This document shows positions 51,734 to 64,000 of a stretch of 64,000 nucleotides of DNA, in pieces (position 1 is the stretch's first letter; every line of letters begins with the position of its first letter). This stretch comes from Chromera velia (lineage: Eukaryota). A program made the translations under genes and the position numbers. The DNA lies in assembly GCA_018398765.1 (NCBI GenBank), contig JAHBMJ010000532.1, positions 1-64,000 of the forward strand, written 5' to 3'. The notes below the pieces were generated by a model. It was not told the origin of the DNA. It searched no databases and worked only from the letters and a program-made list of their open reading frames with translations.

Positions 51734-52335
51734 TTCTTTCTTTTCTTTCTTTTCTTTCTTTCTTTCTTTCTTTCTTTCTGTCTGTCTCTCTGTCTGTCTG
51801 TCTGTCTGTCTGTCTGTATTCACGTCTCCTGTTGTCCCCGTGCCCTATCACAAGCCCTTCTACAGCACGAGTTTCTTACTTCCTTCTACATACCTGACTC
51901 TGAAACACAATCTAAGTCATCCTCTTTTTTTCTTTGTGCTCATGTCCATGTGCACAGTCACGAACGTCCATGCATACATGCATACTTACATACATGAGAG
52001 AGAGAACCACCATAGACACAGAACCCCGCTTATCACATTTTCCAGCAAGGTACATGGTACCAACAAAATCTCCTAGAACCAGCCTTCATGGAACTTTCTG
52101 GCATTCAGTCGGGGCTAACCTCTGCTGCCACTTCTGCCTCTATCTCTGCGTCTGTTTTGTTCCCATAGTCAGGAATCTCCTCCTCTCCCTCTGCTGGAGG
52201 AGGAGGAGGAGGAGGAGAACCAGCTTCCTCGAGGGTGCTCTCCATCGACCCTGCTGGCTCCTCGACTTCTCCCGTCTCCGTCTCGGCAGGCGCCTCCTCC
52301 GTTTGCAGCCGTCTCCGCAGAGAGGCTGCATACAC

Positions 52336-52371
<36 letters not shown>

Positions 52372-54011
52372 CACAAACAGGCACGCAGGCAGGCAGAGGC
52401 AGAAAAAGGGAATGCCGGGCGCAAAGATTGATTGAGGCCGGGAAGGAGCAGGCAGACGGGGGCACAGAGAAAAGGAGGCAGAACTCAGGAATGGAACAAA
52501 AAAGTAAACCCGTTTGACGACTCTTCTTTTCTCCTTTCTCTTCCCTCTGTTCCTCATGCAGGCAGTTGATTCTAGACGGCTGGCCAAGACTGTATCTGAT
52601 TGTCCTCTAGAAAGAACAAACCAACTGCGCTTTCGCCTTCCTCTATGTTTCTTCCCCCGTCTACATGTTCGCTTCACGATCCCATGCGGTCCTTCTTTCC
52701 TGTCCGCACCTCATGTGCAAAAGATTCCTCCCTCCACACCCGCCCCAAAGAAAACCCCCCAATGAAATCCAGTTCCTCCGCAGTGTCAGGAGACGGGCAG
52801 TCTTTATATTCATACAGAACTATTTTTCATACAGACACGAAGATAAAAGCATAGTCTGTATGAAAATAAACGCAAAACCCACCAATGAACTCCAGTTCCT
52901 CCGCAGTGTCAGGAGACGGGCAGTCTTTATATTCATACAGAATTATTTTTCATACAGACACGAAGATAAAAGCATAGTCTGTATGAAAATAAACGCAAAA
53001 CCCACCAATGAACTCCAGTTCCTCCGCAGTGTCAGGAGACGGGCACTCTGCAGTGTGAGGAGAAGGCAGACAGACGCAATAGAGAGATGTATTAATAAGA
53101 GCATCAGGACATGAGAACACATCAAGCAGTCTGATCCCTTTCTTCTCTCTTGCTGTTCCCCAGAAAAAAAACGGATGGGTCAGATGAACACTCTATACTG
53201 TCAGTCAGACCATCAGTCGATGCGTCAGCCTGCCTATCTTCCCACTCATATCCCCCGCCTGTGTTTTTTGAGCCAGGCGTCCTTCACCGCCCTTCACCAG
53301 AATGGTTGCATGTCTGCCTGCTGGTGCTTCTGCCTGTCTCTTGTCGGTCGGCCTGCCTGTTTCTCTGCTCATCTCTGTCCGTCCACTTCCTTGCTTGTCA
53401 GATGATCTGCTTTGGCAAGCCCCCTGCGCCGATCCTGCTGACCTCCATCACTTCTGTACACGTGGGCATGCGTGTGCTCAGTCACCGTCTCGTCCGACTC
53501 GTCGTCTCCCCCGTCTGCCTCACACAAACCCTCGTCTTCCTGTTTTGCAGACTCCAATGCAAGCACCTCCTCGGCAGTCAGACAGAGACAGCCAGACTCA
53601 TCAGAATAGACTGCAAAGTCCCGCCCCCCCTCCTGACAAAACTGGGAGCACCAATCGACCCCCTCCGCATCTCCACCGTCCTCAACGAAGTCCGATTTGC
53701 GGGATGCTGAGAGCATCCGTGATCTGGACAGGCGGAAGCATCCGACCGTGCCTGCTGGTTTCCGGGCTCTTCCTGCAAAAAAGGGGGAAGCATAAGAAGT
53801 ACAAAGAAAATGTCAAAAGGGGAGCACAGTCATGATCAATGCCGCGGAGAGCAGAAGGTCCAGGATAGGAAAAAAAAGTGACTTGCTCTTGGTGGCACCC
53901 ACCTGTCTTTGCAACACCGCCTCTCAAAAAAATGTCGGCGTCATCGGACCGCACCGGAATGAGCCCACAAAAAACAGCGACTGTCCAGGACAGTTTTCCT
54001 CTTGAGATCAT
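49432..54011 (-). CDS. Type I membrane mucin-like protein with two WSC-type domains
   Basis: Signal-like exon 54011-53903; Cys-rich exon from 53772 (VGCF...WCSQFC...GCLC); acidic exon ~52327-52120; WSC exon ~51219-50946 (VGCY...MTNNKCACIC...CLCG...CTTPCGGDPKELCGG); final exon from ~50445 with poly-Thr, TM helix and tail. Confidence 0.85.
52760..53045. repeat. Intronic 123-bp tandem repeat (about 2.3 copies) with internal hairpin
   Basis: CAATGAA..CCAGTTCCTCCGCAGTGTCAGGAGACGGGCA at 52760, 52883 and 53006. Each full unit has TTTTCATACAGAC...GTCTGTATGAAAA. Confidence 0.9.
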
Positions 54012-54739
54012 TTTTGGACGATCCAGCTGCAACGGAGAAGCGGCAAGAACCTCCGCAGGTATCCGCTGTCTCTAGCTCAATCTGACAACAGCTGCCAACC
54101 GATGCGTCTCTGGGATGGCGGGAAGCGGAGAAAGCCGGATATGGCAAGTTCAAACGGAGACAGTCTTCGCGATGCTTCTGGTGAGCAGTTTGGGGACGAG
54201 ACAATCTCACTTCCTTTTGCAATCCGTGATCGTATCTCTGTGGTCTCTGTGTTTCGGTCGCCTTAATTTTCAGTCTGAATTTTTGGGGCCTATGCATGTG
54301 TGGCTAAAATAAAAGAAGCGTTCCGTGGATGGCTTCCCCCAAGTGCAACGGGCCCAAAAATGTCGGAAAGGAGTACACAGGAATTTTGTGTCTAAAATCA
54401 AAATCTTTCATGCGTCTAAAATTCAAATTGCACGCGTGCAATCGATTCTTTGGACGAGAGCCGAATAATCGGCTTCCTGAAAATATAGATATGTAAAACT
54501 CAAGATCCTATATATATATATAATTTTTGCCTAAAGGTCATTCAATCACATGCAAAATAGACGATTCTCTTCCCCCCCTCCTCTCCAAATCCGTCACCCC
54601 CCTGCCATCATTCACAATCTCGTCCTGAACATACCACAGCATAACCTACTACTGACTACTGCCCTTCTTCCTGCGTCGTTGTACAAACAGACTCTTCTTC
54701 GAAACCCGAAACAAACTCTCGAAAGACTCGACAGCAAAC

Positions 54740-56477
54740 ATGGCCAGTCAAGGCGCGAACTACCAGAAGATCAAGGAGGTCGGAGCCGGATCTTTCGGCA
54801 AGGCCATCCTCGTCAAGGACAAGAGCGGAAAGCAGTCAGTTACTGCGCTTGCCTTTCTGTGCTCTTTTGGGATAAAACACGAGACTGTCTCACAAAAGTG
54901 ACTGACCGTTGCACACTCTGTACGAGTTCGTAGTGTTGTTTGGATCTCTCGTCTTTTCATCTTTCTTCTCGGAGTCCCCCCTTGACTCTCTTCACGGCAT
55001 CCATTCAGTTACTTCCCGACCTTTCTGGTACCCTGGTCGCCAGATAGGCAGGCTCAAGCTGGATTCTTGGCTGACTCTTTTTTTCCCGATGGCTTCGTGT
55101 TGCAGGTACATCATGAAGGTGATTGACATCTCCCGTATGAACCAAAAGGAGAAGAAGGAGGCCATGCAGGAGGCTAAGGTATGTCCCCAGACTTCTTACT
55201 GCTTCTGTATCAACGATCTTCTTCCCGGGAAGCGTTTAGAGAGGCTCACTATCTCCGCTCTCTTCTCTTGAAGCCCAGTCATACCCGATTATGAAACAGA
55301 ATCGGTTCTGTCTCTACTGTTGTTTGCCTACTTTCTCGGTCCAGAAGTCCATCTCTGAGTGCACTCACCGCCGCTCTTGCCCACCCACTCTGTGCAGCTT
55401 CTCGCCACTCTGAAGCACCCCTACATTGTGGCCTTCCGTGAGTCCTGGGTGGAGGGCGGACAGCTTTGCATTGTGATGGACTACGCAGAGGCTGGAGACC
55501 TGTACGGCAGAATCCAGAAGCAGAAGAGAACCGGACAGTCCTTCAGCGAGCAGCAGGTCCTCCGCTGGTTCACTCAGGCACTCCTGGCCATCAAGCACAT
55601 GCACGACAGGCACATTCTCCACAGAGGTCGGTTCCCCAGCACAGTCAGGGGGGGGAAGGGGGGGAGACTGACTGTGACTGACGTCTGAAGAGTGCCCTCA
55701 TGGATGCCATGTCTTGTGTGCCGTGGCTGACTTACTGATTGAATGACTGATTGAATGAATGCAGACATCAAGTCTTCCAACTTCTTCCTCACGGCTTCCG
55801 GAAGACTCCGAGTCGGTGACTTCGGAATCGCAAAGGTTCTCGACCACACAGGGGCGTTCGCACGCACAACCATCGGAACCCCCTACTACCTTCCTCCTGA
55901 GATCTGCAAGGAGCAGCCCTACTCCTGGGCCGCAGACATCTGGAGCATTGGTATTTTCCTCTTCGAGCTCTGTGCTCTCCGCGTCCCCTTCGACGCTCCG
56001 AACATCAGAGCTCTGGTGGACAAGATCATCAAGAGCCCTGTCCCCGCAATCCCCTCTACCTACTCTCCTGCCCTCAGACAGCTGGTTGCCGACATGCTCC
56101 AGAAGGACTGGAAGAAGAGGCCCTCAGCCGCAGACATTCTCCAGAGGGACATCGTGCAGGCAGAAATCAAGAACATGCTTGCAGAGGAGCAGGCACGCAA
56201 GGCCGCAGGAGACCCCGGCTCCAACCCCGCCAGCAGAGCACAGTCTCCCGCCAGAGGGGCATCCCCTGCCAGACAGCCCGCATCCCGGCAGGGAACACCC
56301 AACAGGGCCCGCGACCCCTCCCCAGCCCGTGGAGCAGGCGCACAGATCGCCAAACCCCCTTCTCGTGCTCAGTCTCCCGCCAGGGGAGCTCCCATGCCTG
56401 GTGCCGGTGTGAAGGCGCCCTCAAGGCAAAACTCTCCGGCACTCGGAAGACCCCCCGCGGTCGGAAGAATGCACTGA
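54740..56477 (+). CDS. NEK: NIMA-related Ser/Thr kinase; exons 54740-54834, 55106-55178, 55398-55626, 55765-56477
   Basis: GAGSFG, YIMK, HPYIV, ILHR|DIKSSN, VGDFG, IGTPYYLPPE, DIWSIG. All three introns are GT-AG and phase-consistent. Confidence 0.95.
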
Positions 56478-58199
56478 GAGAGTTTGTGACTGACTGAGTT
56501 CGTGGTATGCGTTTGCCTTTTTCGTTGCAATTGGGGAGGGGATGAGAGGGAGGAGGCAGGGAAGGTAGAGACGTAGAGACCTTGTTGTGTTGTGAGTAGG
56601 TCAATGCACAGTCACGCATCGTCGTGGTCATATTCTCTTTTGAACAGCTTGAGGAGGAGGAAGAGAACCGGAGCATCTGAAGAGACCTGAAGGTGGTGGT
56701 GCGACAATGATGAAAGAAAGAGTCGTTTGGATGGAAGCAAGGAAAGAAGACGAGATGGTCCTTGTGCAGGGTCACGTGCGAGTGCAAGAGGAATGAATGA
56801 ATCTAGGAAGGATTTGACTTACCTTGACTGACTTCCTATTGCATTGTTCCATCGTTTGTAGGTCCCTCTCAAGTTGTTGGCCTCAGAGGGCCTCGATCCA
56901 TGCATGTCTTCATTACCAGTTTTCCACTTATCTTCCCTGTACACATTCATTGATTTTCTCCACCTGAACGTAAGCAAGCTTCCTTCTTCTGTTTTAATTC
57001 TTGGCGAGTTGATCGAATGGTTGACCTTAGGAGTTGAGCAACGGAGGGATCCATGCAGAGAAAAGAAAGAAGACATACATACATGTGCATGTCTCCTAAC
57101 ATGCAGACAGAGAACAGGAGCTAGGAAAGGGGGAGAGGGGAGGAGACAGATGCACCGAGCGATCGATAGATGAATGAAGAGGTGTCAGTCACTTGGGTAC
57201 ACGTGTGTGTGTATCTTTGCGAGTGGCTCGTTTCCTGCAGAGCTCTGTGTGCAGTGGTTGCTGGTACTGATTTTAGATCCATGCTCAAGTGTGAAGTGTG
57301 TGTCTGCGTGCGTCATGTCTTTGTGGTCCATTAATGCTGAACTTCGTGCATCCGTCCTGTCCAGTACTAATCGTTTGTCTGTCTGCCTGCCTGCCTGCCT
57401 GCCTGTAGGGAAAACAATGAAGGCTGCACGGAGGGAAGGGGAAGAGGGCTTCATGAAGAGTTCATGACTTTGTATGCCCTGAATCGAATCGATGAATTGA
57501 TTGAATAACTGCGTGTGTACGTGTCCATGCATCCATCCATGAAAAGACGGTATGCATGGAACTTCGTGTATTGTGCACACACCACACTGCAAGCATGAGC
57601 TTGAACTTGGAAAGGGGAGGGCAGCAGCAGCACACGGGCGAAGAAGGCCGTCAGGAAAAAGAGACGATGGACAGCATCTTGGCTTTGCGCCTGGCTGTCC
57701 TGGTGGTTCATTTTGGATGCGCATGGACCGTCACAAAGGACCGGCTCTTATCTGTTCGGCACGCTTCTTTCGTAGGGCCTGCGTGCATGGACAGGCGCGG
57801 GAATTAAACTCGAAAGACTCACTCACGATGTATATGTAACTAATTATACATACCCATATGCATCCATTTAGATGTTCCGTCCTATCTATAACGTAGTATT
57901 ACGAACGTTCAAAGCTATGTTCGAAGTTTTTCGTGAATTCACTTTCAATTCAGTCTTTGCACTATGTTCAAAATGACAAAGTTTTCAAGTTCTATGACTC
58001 GGTAAGCTAGTAAATACAATTTAGTTAAAAGCGGCCTCAAAGAAGGGTAAAAAAAAAATTGACTGATGTCGGTTTTTTTAAAATCACTGTGCGTTGCTTC
58101 TAGCGTCGCTTAAAATCAATTTAATTGGTAAAAAGCTTAGTAAAAACTATAGTTTAACTCGAAGTCTCCTAGGAAGTCTCTTGCTAGCAGCTAGCTTTC

Positions 58200-60150
58200 A
58201 GGTGTTAAAAAGAAAAAAAATGAGAAGGGGTGGGCATAAGAGAGGGGATCGGAGCAGTGGTAGGCTTGGTACAGGAATGCAGAAGAGGCAAGAAGGGGCT
58301 CCTGGGCGGATTTGTCGACTTCTCAAAGACGTTTGACTCCATCCCTCGGCTGAGGCTTCTGGCAAAGCTGCAGGCTGAGAGAATAGAGAAGAGAGATCTG
58401 TTGATGATTGCATCAATGTATAGAGGCGTGAAAGCGAGAGTCGATGGGGACTTGGCTCTATTCCCGGAGGGGGCAGGGGTTAAGCAAGGTGATGCGTTGT
58501 CCCCGTCGCTTTTTCTATTATTCATTAATGACCTGCATGATGAGATTCAGAAAGGAAAACGGGGAGATGGAAAGGAAACGGAAGGGGTTCACCTTGCTGG
58601 GGCCAGTTTGGGAAGTATAGGCTACGCTGATGATCTTGTCTTGTTTGCACACTCAGCAGCCGACATCTAAGCAAAATTCGATGCCCTGGAGGGGTATTGC
58701 GGAAAGTAGGGGTTGAATGTCAATCTGAAGAAGACCAAGGTCCTGCGCCTTTGTGAATACTGCAAGGACTGTAACAGCATGATTTTGTATCAAGGGAAGG
58801 AAGTAGACTGGTGTGATCAGTACAAATATTTGGGTTGCCTTCTGTTTGAGGGAGGGGATTTGACTCGGTCGATTGAAGCACGCCTACGCAGTGCAAAGTG
58901 TGCAATGGGGGCGGTGATTAGTCTGGCTGCGAGTCTGTCTGCGAGTGGGTTACCTCCCGGGGGAAAGCTGCAGCTGCTGAAGGCGTGCTGGGAGCCGGTG
59001 GCACTCTATAGCCTGGAGTGCTTTCCGATAAGACAGGGAGACTAGGAGGCGATTGACAATTTGCGGCCGCTCTGGTTTGTTCGATAGGCGGCCCGACTTC
59101 CGGTCAGGAGTTTGCGTATACCCTCTCTTTTGTCTGTTAATTTAATGTCTGCTCGCACGCTCTTGTATGCTCGTTTTGCTTCATTCTGGATTGCACTTAG
59201 CCGTTCGTATCTCCATATTCCTCAGGCTCTTTTGAATTCATGGAAGGGACCAGCGGGGCAGAAGTAAAGAAGAGCCGTCAATGGTTTGTTCAGATGGGTA
59301 GGCCTTAACTTTTTGACGTCTCTCCCTGTCCGGAGCTCAGAAAGACGGGCCCCAAAGGGGAATTTGTTTGTTTCTACCAAAATTAAGGATGCCTGGAGAA
59401 TTATGAAATGCATAAAAAGGGGAGACAGGGAAGAAAGGGGCAACTTCCCCCTGTCTGCCTCTTTATCAAGAGTACAGAGAGCTCTTCCGTCTTCTTCACG
59501 TTCTTCTCTATTTCTTTTATCTTCAAAGAATGGGCCAGGCCCCAAGGTATGGATGTCCTGTCTGCCGAGAAGTGCCTTATGTGAGAAGATTGAGCCACTC
59601 CTAAGGGCATTGACACTAAATCGGAAGGGTCTAGCGGGGGGGGCCAACTCTCCGGGAGAGGTGTTTTGTCTGGCAGGGGGTTGTTCAAATGGAAGAAAAA
59701 TTGATGATCTCTGACACCGGCTTTCAGTATGCTCTAATTGGGTAGAAGCAAGAAATAAACTACACAAAGTGGTAGAGGGAAAGAAAGTGAAGCAAAGAAT
59801 TCAGAGAGAAGGAATTGAGGGATCGGATATAGCCGAAACAGAAGCAAGGAAGATGCTGCTTTTAGCTTTACAAGTCGATCTGTATGAAGCATGCAGAGCC
59901 GTTTACAATCTTTGTTACTCATTGTGTATGCCTGTTTCTGTATGAACGTGACCTTTTCTTCTTCTGTTCGAGTCTTCTATTGCCATCTCCAACATGCATA
60001 CTGCTCGTAAGCTCACCAAGCGAGCACTTCAGGGGATCTCGCGCTTAGCCTTATCTCTAGAGTTGAGTGATTGACGATCTCTTGCATGAACATGGGCTGC
60101 TGGGAGCACAACTCCACTCTAGCAAAGCCAACTTCATTTATTCATTTATT
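58200..60150 (+). mobile_element. 5'-truncated, decayed non-LTR retrotransposon (LINE) reverse-transcriptase fragment
   Basis: FVDFSKTFDSI, GVKQGDALSPSLF, YADDLV, VNLKKTK, YKYLG and a C-terminal C..C...H...C remnant. Stops at 58668, 58707, 59043 and 59085. Short TTCATTTA repeat at the 3' end. Confidence 0.9.
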
Positions 60151-62293
60151 AGCTTTAGCCTACCTTAAAAACTGTATTCTTTTTTAAGAATTTAATGATC
60201 AATAAATTAATCTAAAGCTAAATTTGAAGCTATAAAGAGCTATACAACTATAGATTTTAAGGTTTTTTATTAATTTTTAATAAAATGATATATTGAAATC
60301 TTTATTTTGAAAAAAATATTGTATAGTTGTTATATATGATATGCGCAACGGTACTAATATTAAAACAAAAATAATTGAAAGTCATAAATTAATAGACTTA
60401 TAACGTGGTCTTTTATTTAAAGTTAAAGTAGAAATGATAGTAAAAGTCAGATGGTTGCGCTGAACATTGGTAGCCAGCGGAGTCGGTCTTTCATTGATGG
60501 CAGCAACGCTTATATTGGATGCAAGTAGATAGGCGGAGGCAGCTTGCGTCTTGTTTTCTTTTTCATTCAAAGCTTTAAACGTGTGAGAGCCCGATATGTA
60601 TGCATAATGGGAGGCTCGACAATAGATCGATCGGCGACCGGGGGGACAGTGGAGGCAGGAATCCTATGGAAGGTCAGATCGGCCTGTAAGGACCTGAGAG
60701 AAAACGGGGAGCCCCCGGCGCGGTGGCTGTACCGTTCCCGTTTCCCCCCTCTTCCTCCATATCCCACTCCAGTTGACTTTCTTCGATCTATCTCGATCTA
60801 CACCCATTCATCCCTTTTTTTGGTCTCTGCGTTTGCGTCGTCCGACTCCAGTTGAGAATGGATGCTGCGGGAGTGAAAGATAGAAAACAATTCCTGTGCA
60901 TGCTTTAAACCCTCTGTTTTCAGACCCCCAGAGGTTTACTGAAAACAAAACGTACAGGCCATATATTTATTTACATTAAAGTGATGATGATTTCACTTTA
61001 AATAAATAATTTAAAACATTAAAACACTTAAAGCAGAAAAATTGGAAGTAGAACTGAAAAAAAATTAAGATCACTTTTGAAATGACTTTTCTAGCGTTTT
61101 TTGCAGGTTCATTCACCCAATACAGGGTAGTTTTAAAGTGTTTAAAGGGAAAATTTTAAAGTTTACAATTAAAGTAGGGGTGTCATCACTTTATTTAAAA
61201 ATTTAAAACTATTGAGATCACGCCTAGCGTATGTCTATGTGAGTAAGACCAGCCTGAGAGATAGTCTGTACAGGTTTTTGCATTTAGTGGGACTCCTAGT
61301 GGGAGTCTGTGGGACTTCTTGTTCTGAGATGCAATTAGCTGACAGTAGGATGGACAGACTCCCAGCCTGGGGCGATCAAGAAGGAGGAACTTTAGGAGGA
61401 ATCGGAGGGGCCTGGAGGAACTTCAGTCAGATTAGTATTATTTTGTGATCTAGGTATAAATATTGACTCCTTTAGGACTCCTTAAATCTAGCCTTAGATA
61501 ATGTTTATAAATTTTTTATTTCCAAAAATTTAGTAAAGAAGATAAGGACAGGTCCGGACAGCTAGTATTCATTTTTAATCTAATTTATCATTCTAAACTT
61601 AATAAATAATTGTTTATTTTTTTTACTTAATGACTCGGACTATAACCATCGGAACATTCAGTTAAATTCAAGCTTGTTTTTAATGTAAAAGCACTGGCAT
61701 GCGTTACAAAGCGATAAACTTACGATGCGTGTTGTCTAATAATGCTACTGATACTCGTGCTAAGTATTTATTGTTGTTCCTTCTTTTCAAGGATTGCTTC
61801 ATGCATTGCTCTTCTTGAATGGTGTTCACTATATGCACAGTAATGCACAGAAACAGATGAGAAAGCACGGGAACAAGATTTGTTCCATTCAATCTACATG
61901 GTGTCAGACTCACAGTCAAAGCTAGCCGTGGATGGCCTCAATGTTCTGTGCACACACCCTTATAGAGAGTACAGGCTGAGGGTTTCTCCCCCTCAATACA
62001 GTCCAGCAGAAGGATATCCATGCATGAGGGGAAGTGGTGTGTTTCTCGATTTGCAAATGTCTCTCTGTACAAAAGAGAATGACTCAGGGCATGGAATGGG
62101 TAGAGACTGCTGAGCATAAGCGAGATGAAGCTCTCTCTTGTTCTCTTCTGAACGAGAAGAAAGCAGCCCCCTCCAAACGAACGGTGCAGTATGTTGATTC
62201 CGTTTGCTTGCTTGACCTTGTGGCACATCAGTCTCTTCCCCCTTCTTTCCCTAGCTCCCTCTGTCTCCAAGCACTCACTCACTCCCTGATGGA

Positions 62294-63226
62294 TCAGTAC
62301 CCCCCTCCCAGATGAGGGGCCTGTCTGGAGTCGCCAGGGGGGGGACGGACCTGTGCTTGGCCGGGGCTTCTGACCTGAGCGGTGACACTGACGGAGTAGC
62401 CCCCAGAGGGAGACGGCTGGAAGTACCCGCCTTCCTGTTGCTGCAACTGCACCGCACCGGCTGCCGGGGCCCCTCCCTGTGCGCTCTGCTGCCCAACAGC
62501 GGTGTAGTGGTCCGCTCTGCCGGTGCCGGGGTACCCGAAGGGCTGCGTGGGCCCAGAGGAGGGGGGCGGGGCGGCAATCTGGCGGCTGTCCTGCGGTGCG
62601 ATTCCCGAAGCTCCCCCCTGTACGGAGCTCATCAGGTTATGCTGTTTCTGTTGCTGCATGGCATTGCGTGCCCGTCCCCTGGAGACGTCCCTTATGGCCT
62701 CCCTCTCCATCTGGAGGGACAGACCGGGATACTCAGAGACTAGAGGGGCAAACATAGCCTCAACTCTGTTGCCTGCATGGAGAGACGAACAGAATGGAGG
62801 GAGGCATGGATGGTCTCAATGCCAGGAAGGATGCCAAAAGACCAAAGGACGAAAAAGGCAAAGGGTCACAGAGAAGCACGAAAAGAGCTGGAGGTGAAGG
62901 CGACAGAAAAAGAAGACAATCAAATTGGGCTTTATCCGATACGCCCAAGGACACGAAAGAAAAGAGAGTGGCGCCATGCGGTGCATGACGAAGACGAAAT
63001 TCGGGAGAGCGTTGGTGAAAAAGAGTGGCTGGACACCCCCATCAGAATCTCGCATCAAGTCCATCAGCATGTGCAGGGAAAAGAAAGAGACCGAAAGCCA
63101 ATGATTGAAAACATCTCCAGAAGACAGTCAACTCTGGTACCTTGGCCCTTTCGCTTTCTCTATGAAGTGTTCCGAGCAAAATATTAAAGATTCATGCCGA
63201 AAGACCGTTCGGAAGGACAGAAACGA

Positions 63227-63257
<31 letters not shown>

Positions 63258-64000
63258 TACAGACAGACAGACAGATAGAGACATAAGAACCCACACGTCT
63301 CTTCCAGAAGATGGAGCAGTTGATCTTCCACGCGTTGCCGTTCCTCCCTCTCGGCCTGATTCAGTGGGGAGGGAAGAAAGGGGAGGGCGTGACGCACACG
63401 GGCGGGTCATGAGAGTGCACATTCGTGTGGCAACGACCAGCCAGACAACTTCGCTGGTCTTCGCATCCTGTCATGATCAAGAGCTCTCGTTCCCTTTCAT
63501 TCTTCATTCCTTAACACTCACACACACAGTCTTCAAAGACATTGCACAGGCAGGTAGCTTCTCTTCTGGTCCAGATGCACGATTGGAAACAAGCAGAGCG
63601 TCCCTCCCTTCTCTGACTGACTGACTGACTGACTGACTGACTGACGCACATTCAGCTCGGCCGTAATAGTCAGACAGAGCTCTTGAAGATTCCTGCAGGC
63701 AGGCAGGTACGGATTAGGGTGCGATCAGGCAGGATGGCAGACAGGGACTGGGACGTAGTAAAGGTAGGCTTGTCTGTAGAAAGGAAGAGAGAAATGCAGT
63801 GGGTCAAGGGCAAAGGAGAATGCAAACAGTTGGGCATCAAGGGGCACGAAAAGGAAAAAAGAAAACGGAGGGCGCACAGCAAAAGGGAAGAGAGGAGAGG
63901 AGAAAAGAGAGGAGAGGAGAGAACAGAAGGCCGACTTCATGGTGGTCCCCTCCTGGTGTTCGCGGATCTGCAGTCATCCATTCACGCATTCACTCATCCA
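62294..64000 (-). CDS. 3' part of a multi-exon gene, SF-assemblin-like coiled coil with Q/P/G-rich tail
   Basis: Exon ~63356-63293 AEREERQRVEDQLLHLLEET|C splices to NRVEAMFAP...GGGY*. It resembles SF-assemblin/beta-giardin C-termini. Upstream exons are unresolved. Confidence 0.5.

Noticed and set aside
8820..59100. Ciliate-type genetic code (TAA/TAG = Gln), suggested by many in-frame TAR codons and by most host genes here ending in TGA
   Set aside because: Host genes have no internal TAR and one appears to end in TAG (42787). TEs also carry in-frame TGA and same-context missense lesions. Mutation explains all of these; recoding does not.
1..64000. tRNA, rRNA or telomeric repeats
   Set aside because: None recognisable by eye; a tRNAscan-SE/Infernal run would be needed to exclude small RNAs.

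Overview
Eukaryotic nuclear DNA with GT-AG introns filled with microsatellites, GC-rich coding islands, AT-rich spacers and frequent TGCATG(CA) motifs. By inference this is an alveolate, chromerid (Chromera-like) genome. About 1-42 kb is mostly decayed, nested mobile elements: a Ty3/gypsy 5' end, an 8.3-kb hAT element with two nested insertions, a gag-only LTR remnant, a Crypton-like tyrosine recombinase, a long-direct-repeat element and two related CTAGGG-ended TIR elements with 8-bp TSDs. Two apparently intact host genes sit in this zone (SET-domain and MAPEG). About 42-64 kb holds host genes (coiled-coil, LEA_2-like, WSC/mucin membrane protein, NEK kinase, SF-assemblin-like 3' end) and a LINE fragment. 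Two observations stand out. (1) Mobile-element genes carry many CpA->TpA (TpG->TpA) lesions, giving TAA/TAG stops and destroyed catalytic motifs, while neighbouring host genes are open; this resembles fungal RIP in an apparently non-fungal genome. (2) The intron-containing hAT transposase splices in frame to a C-terminal OTU-like cysteine protease domain. All domain calls come from motif recognition by eye, not database searches.
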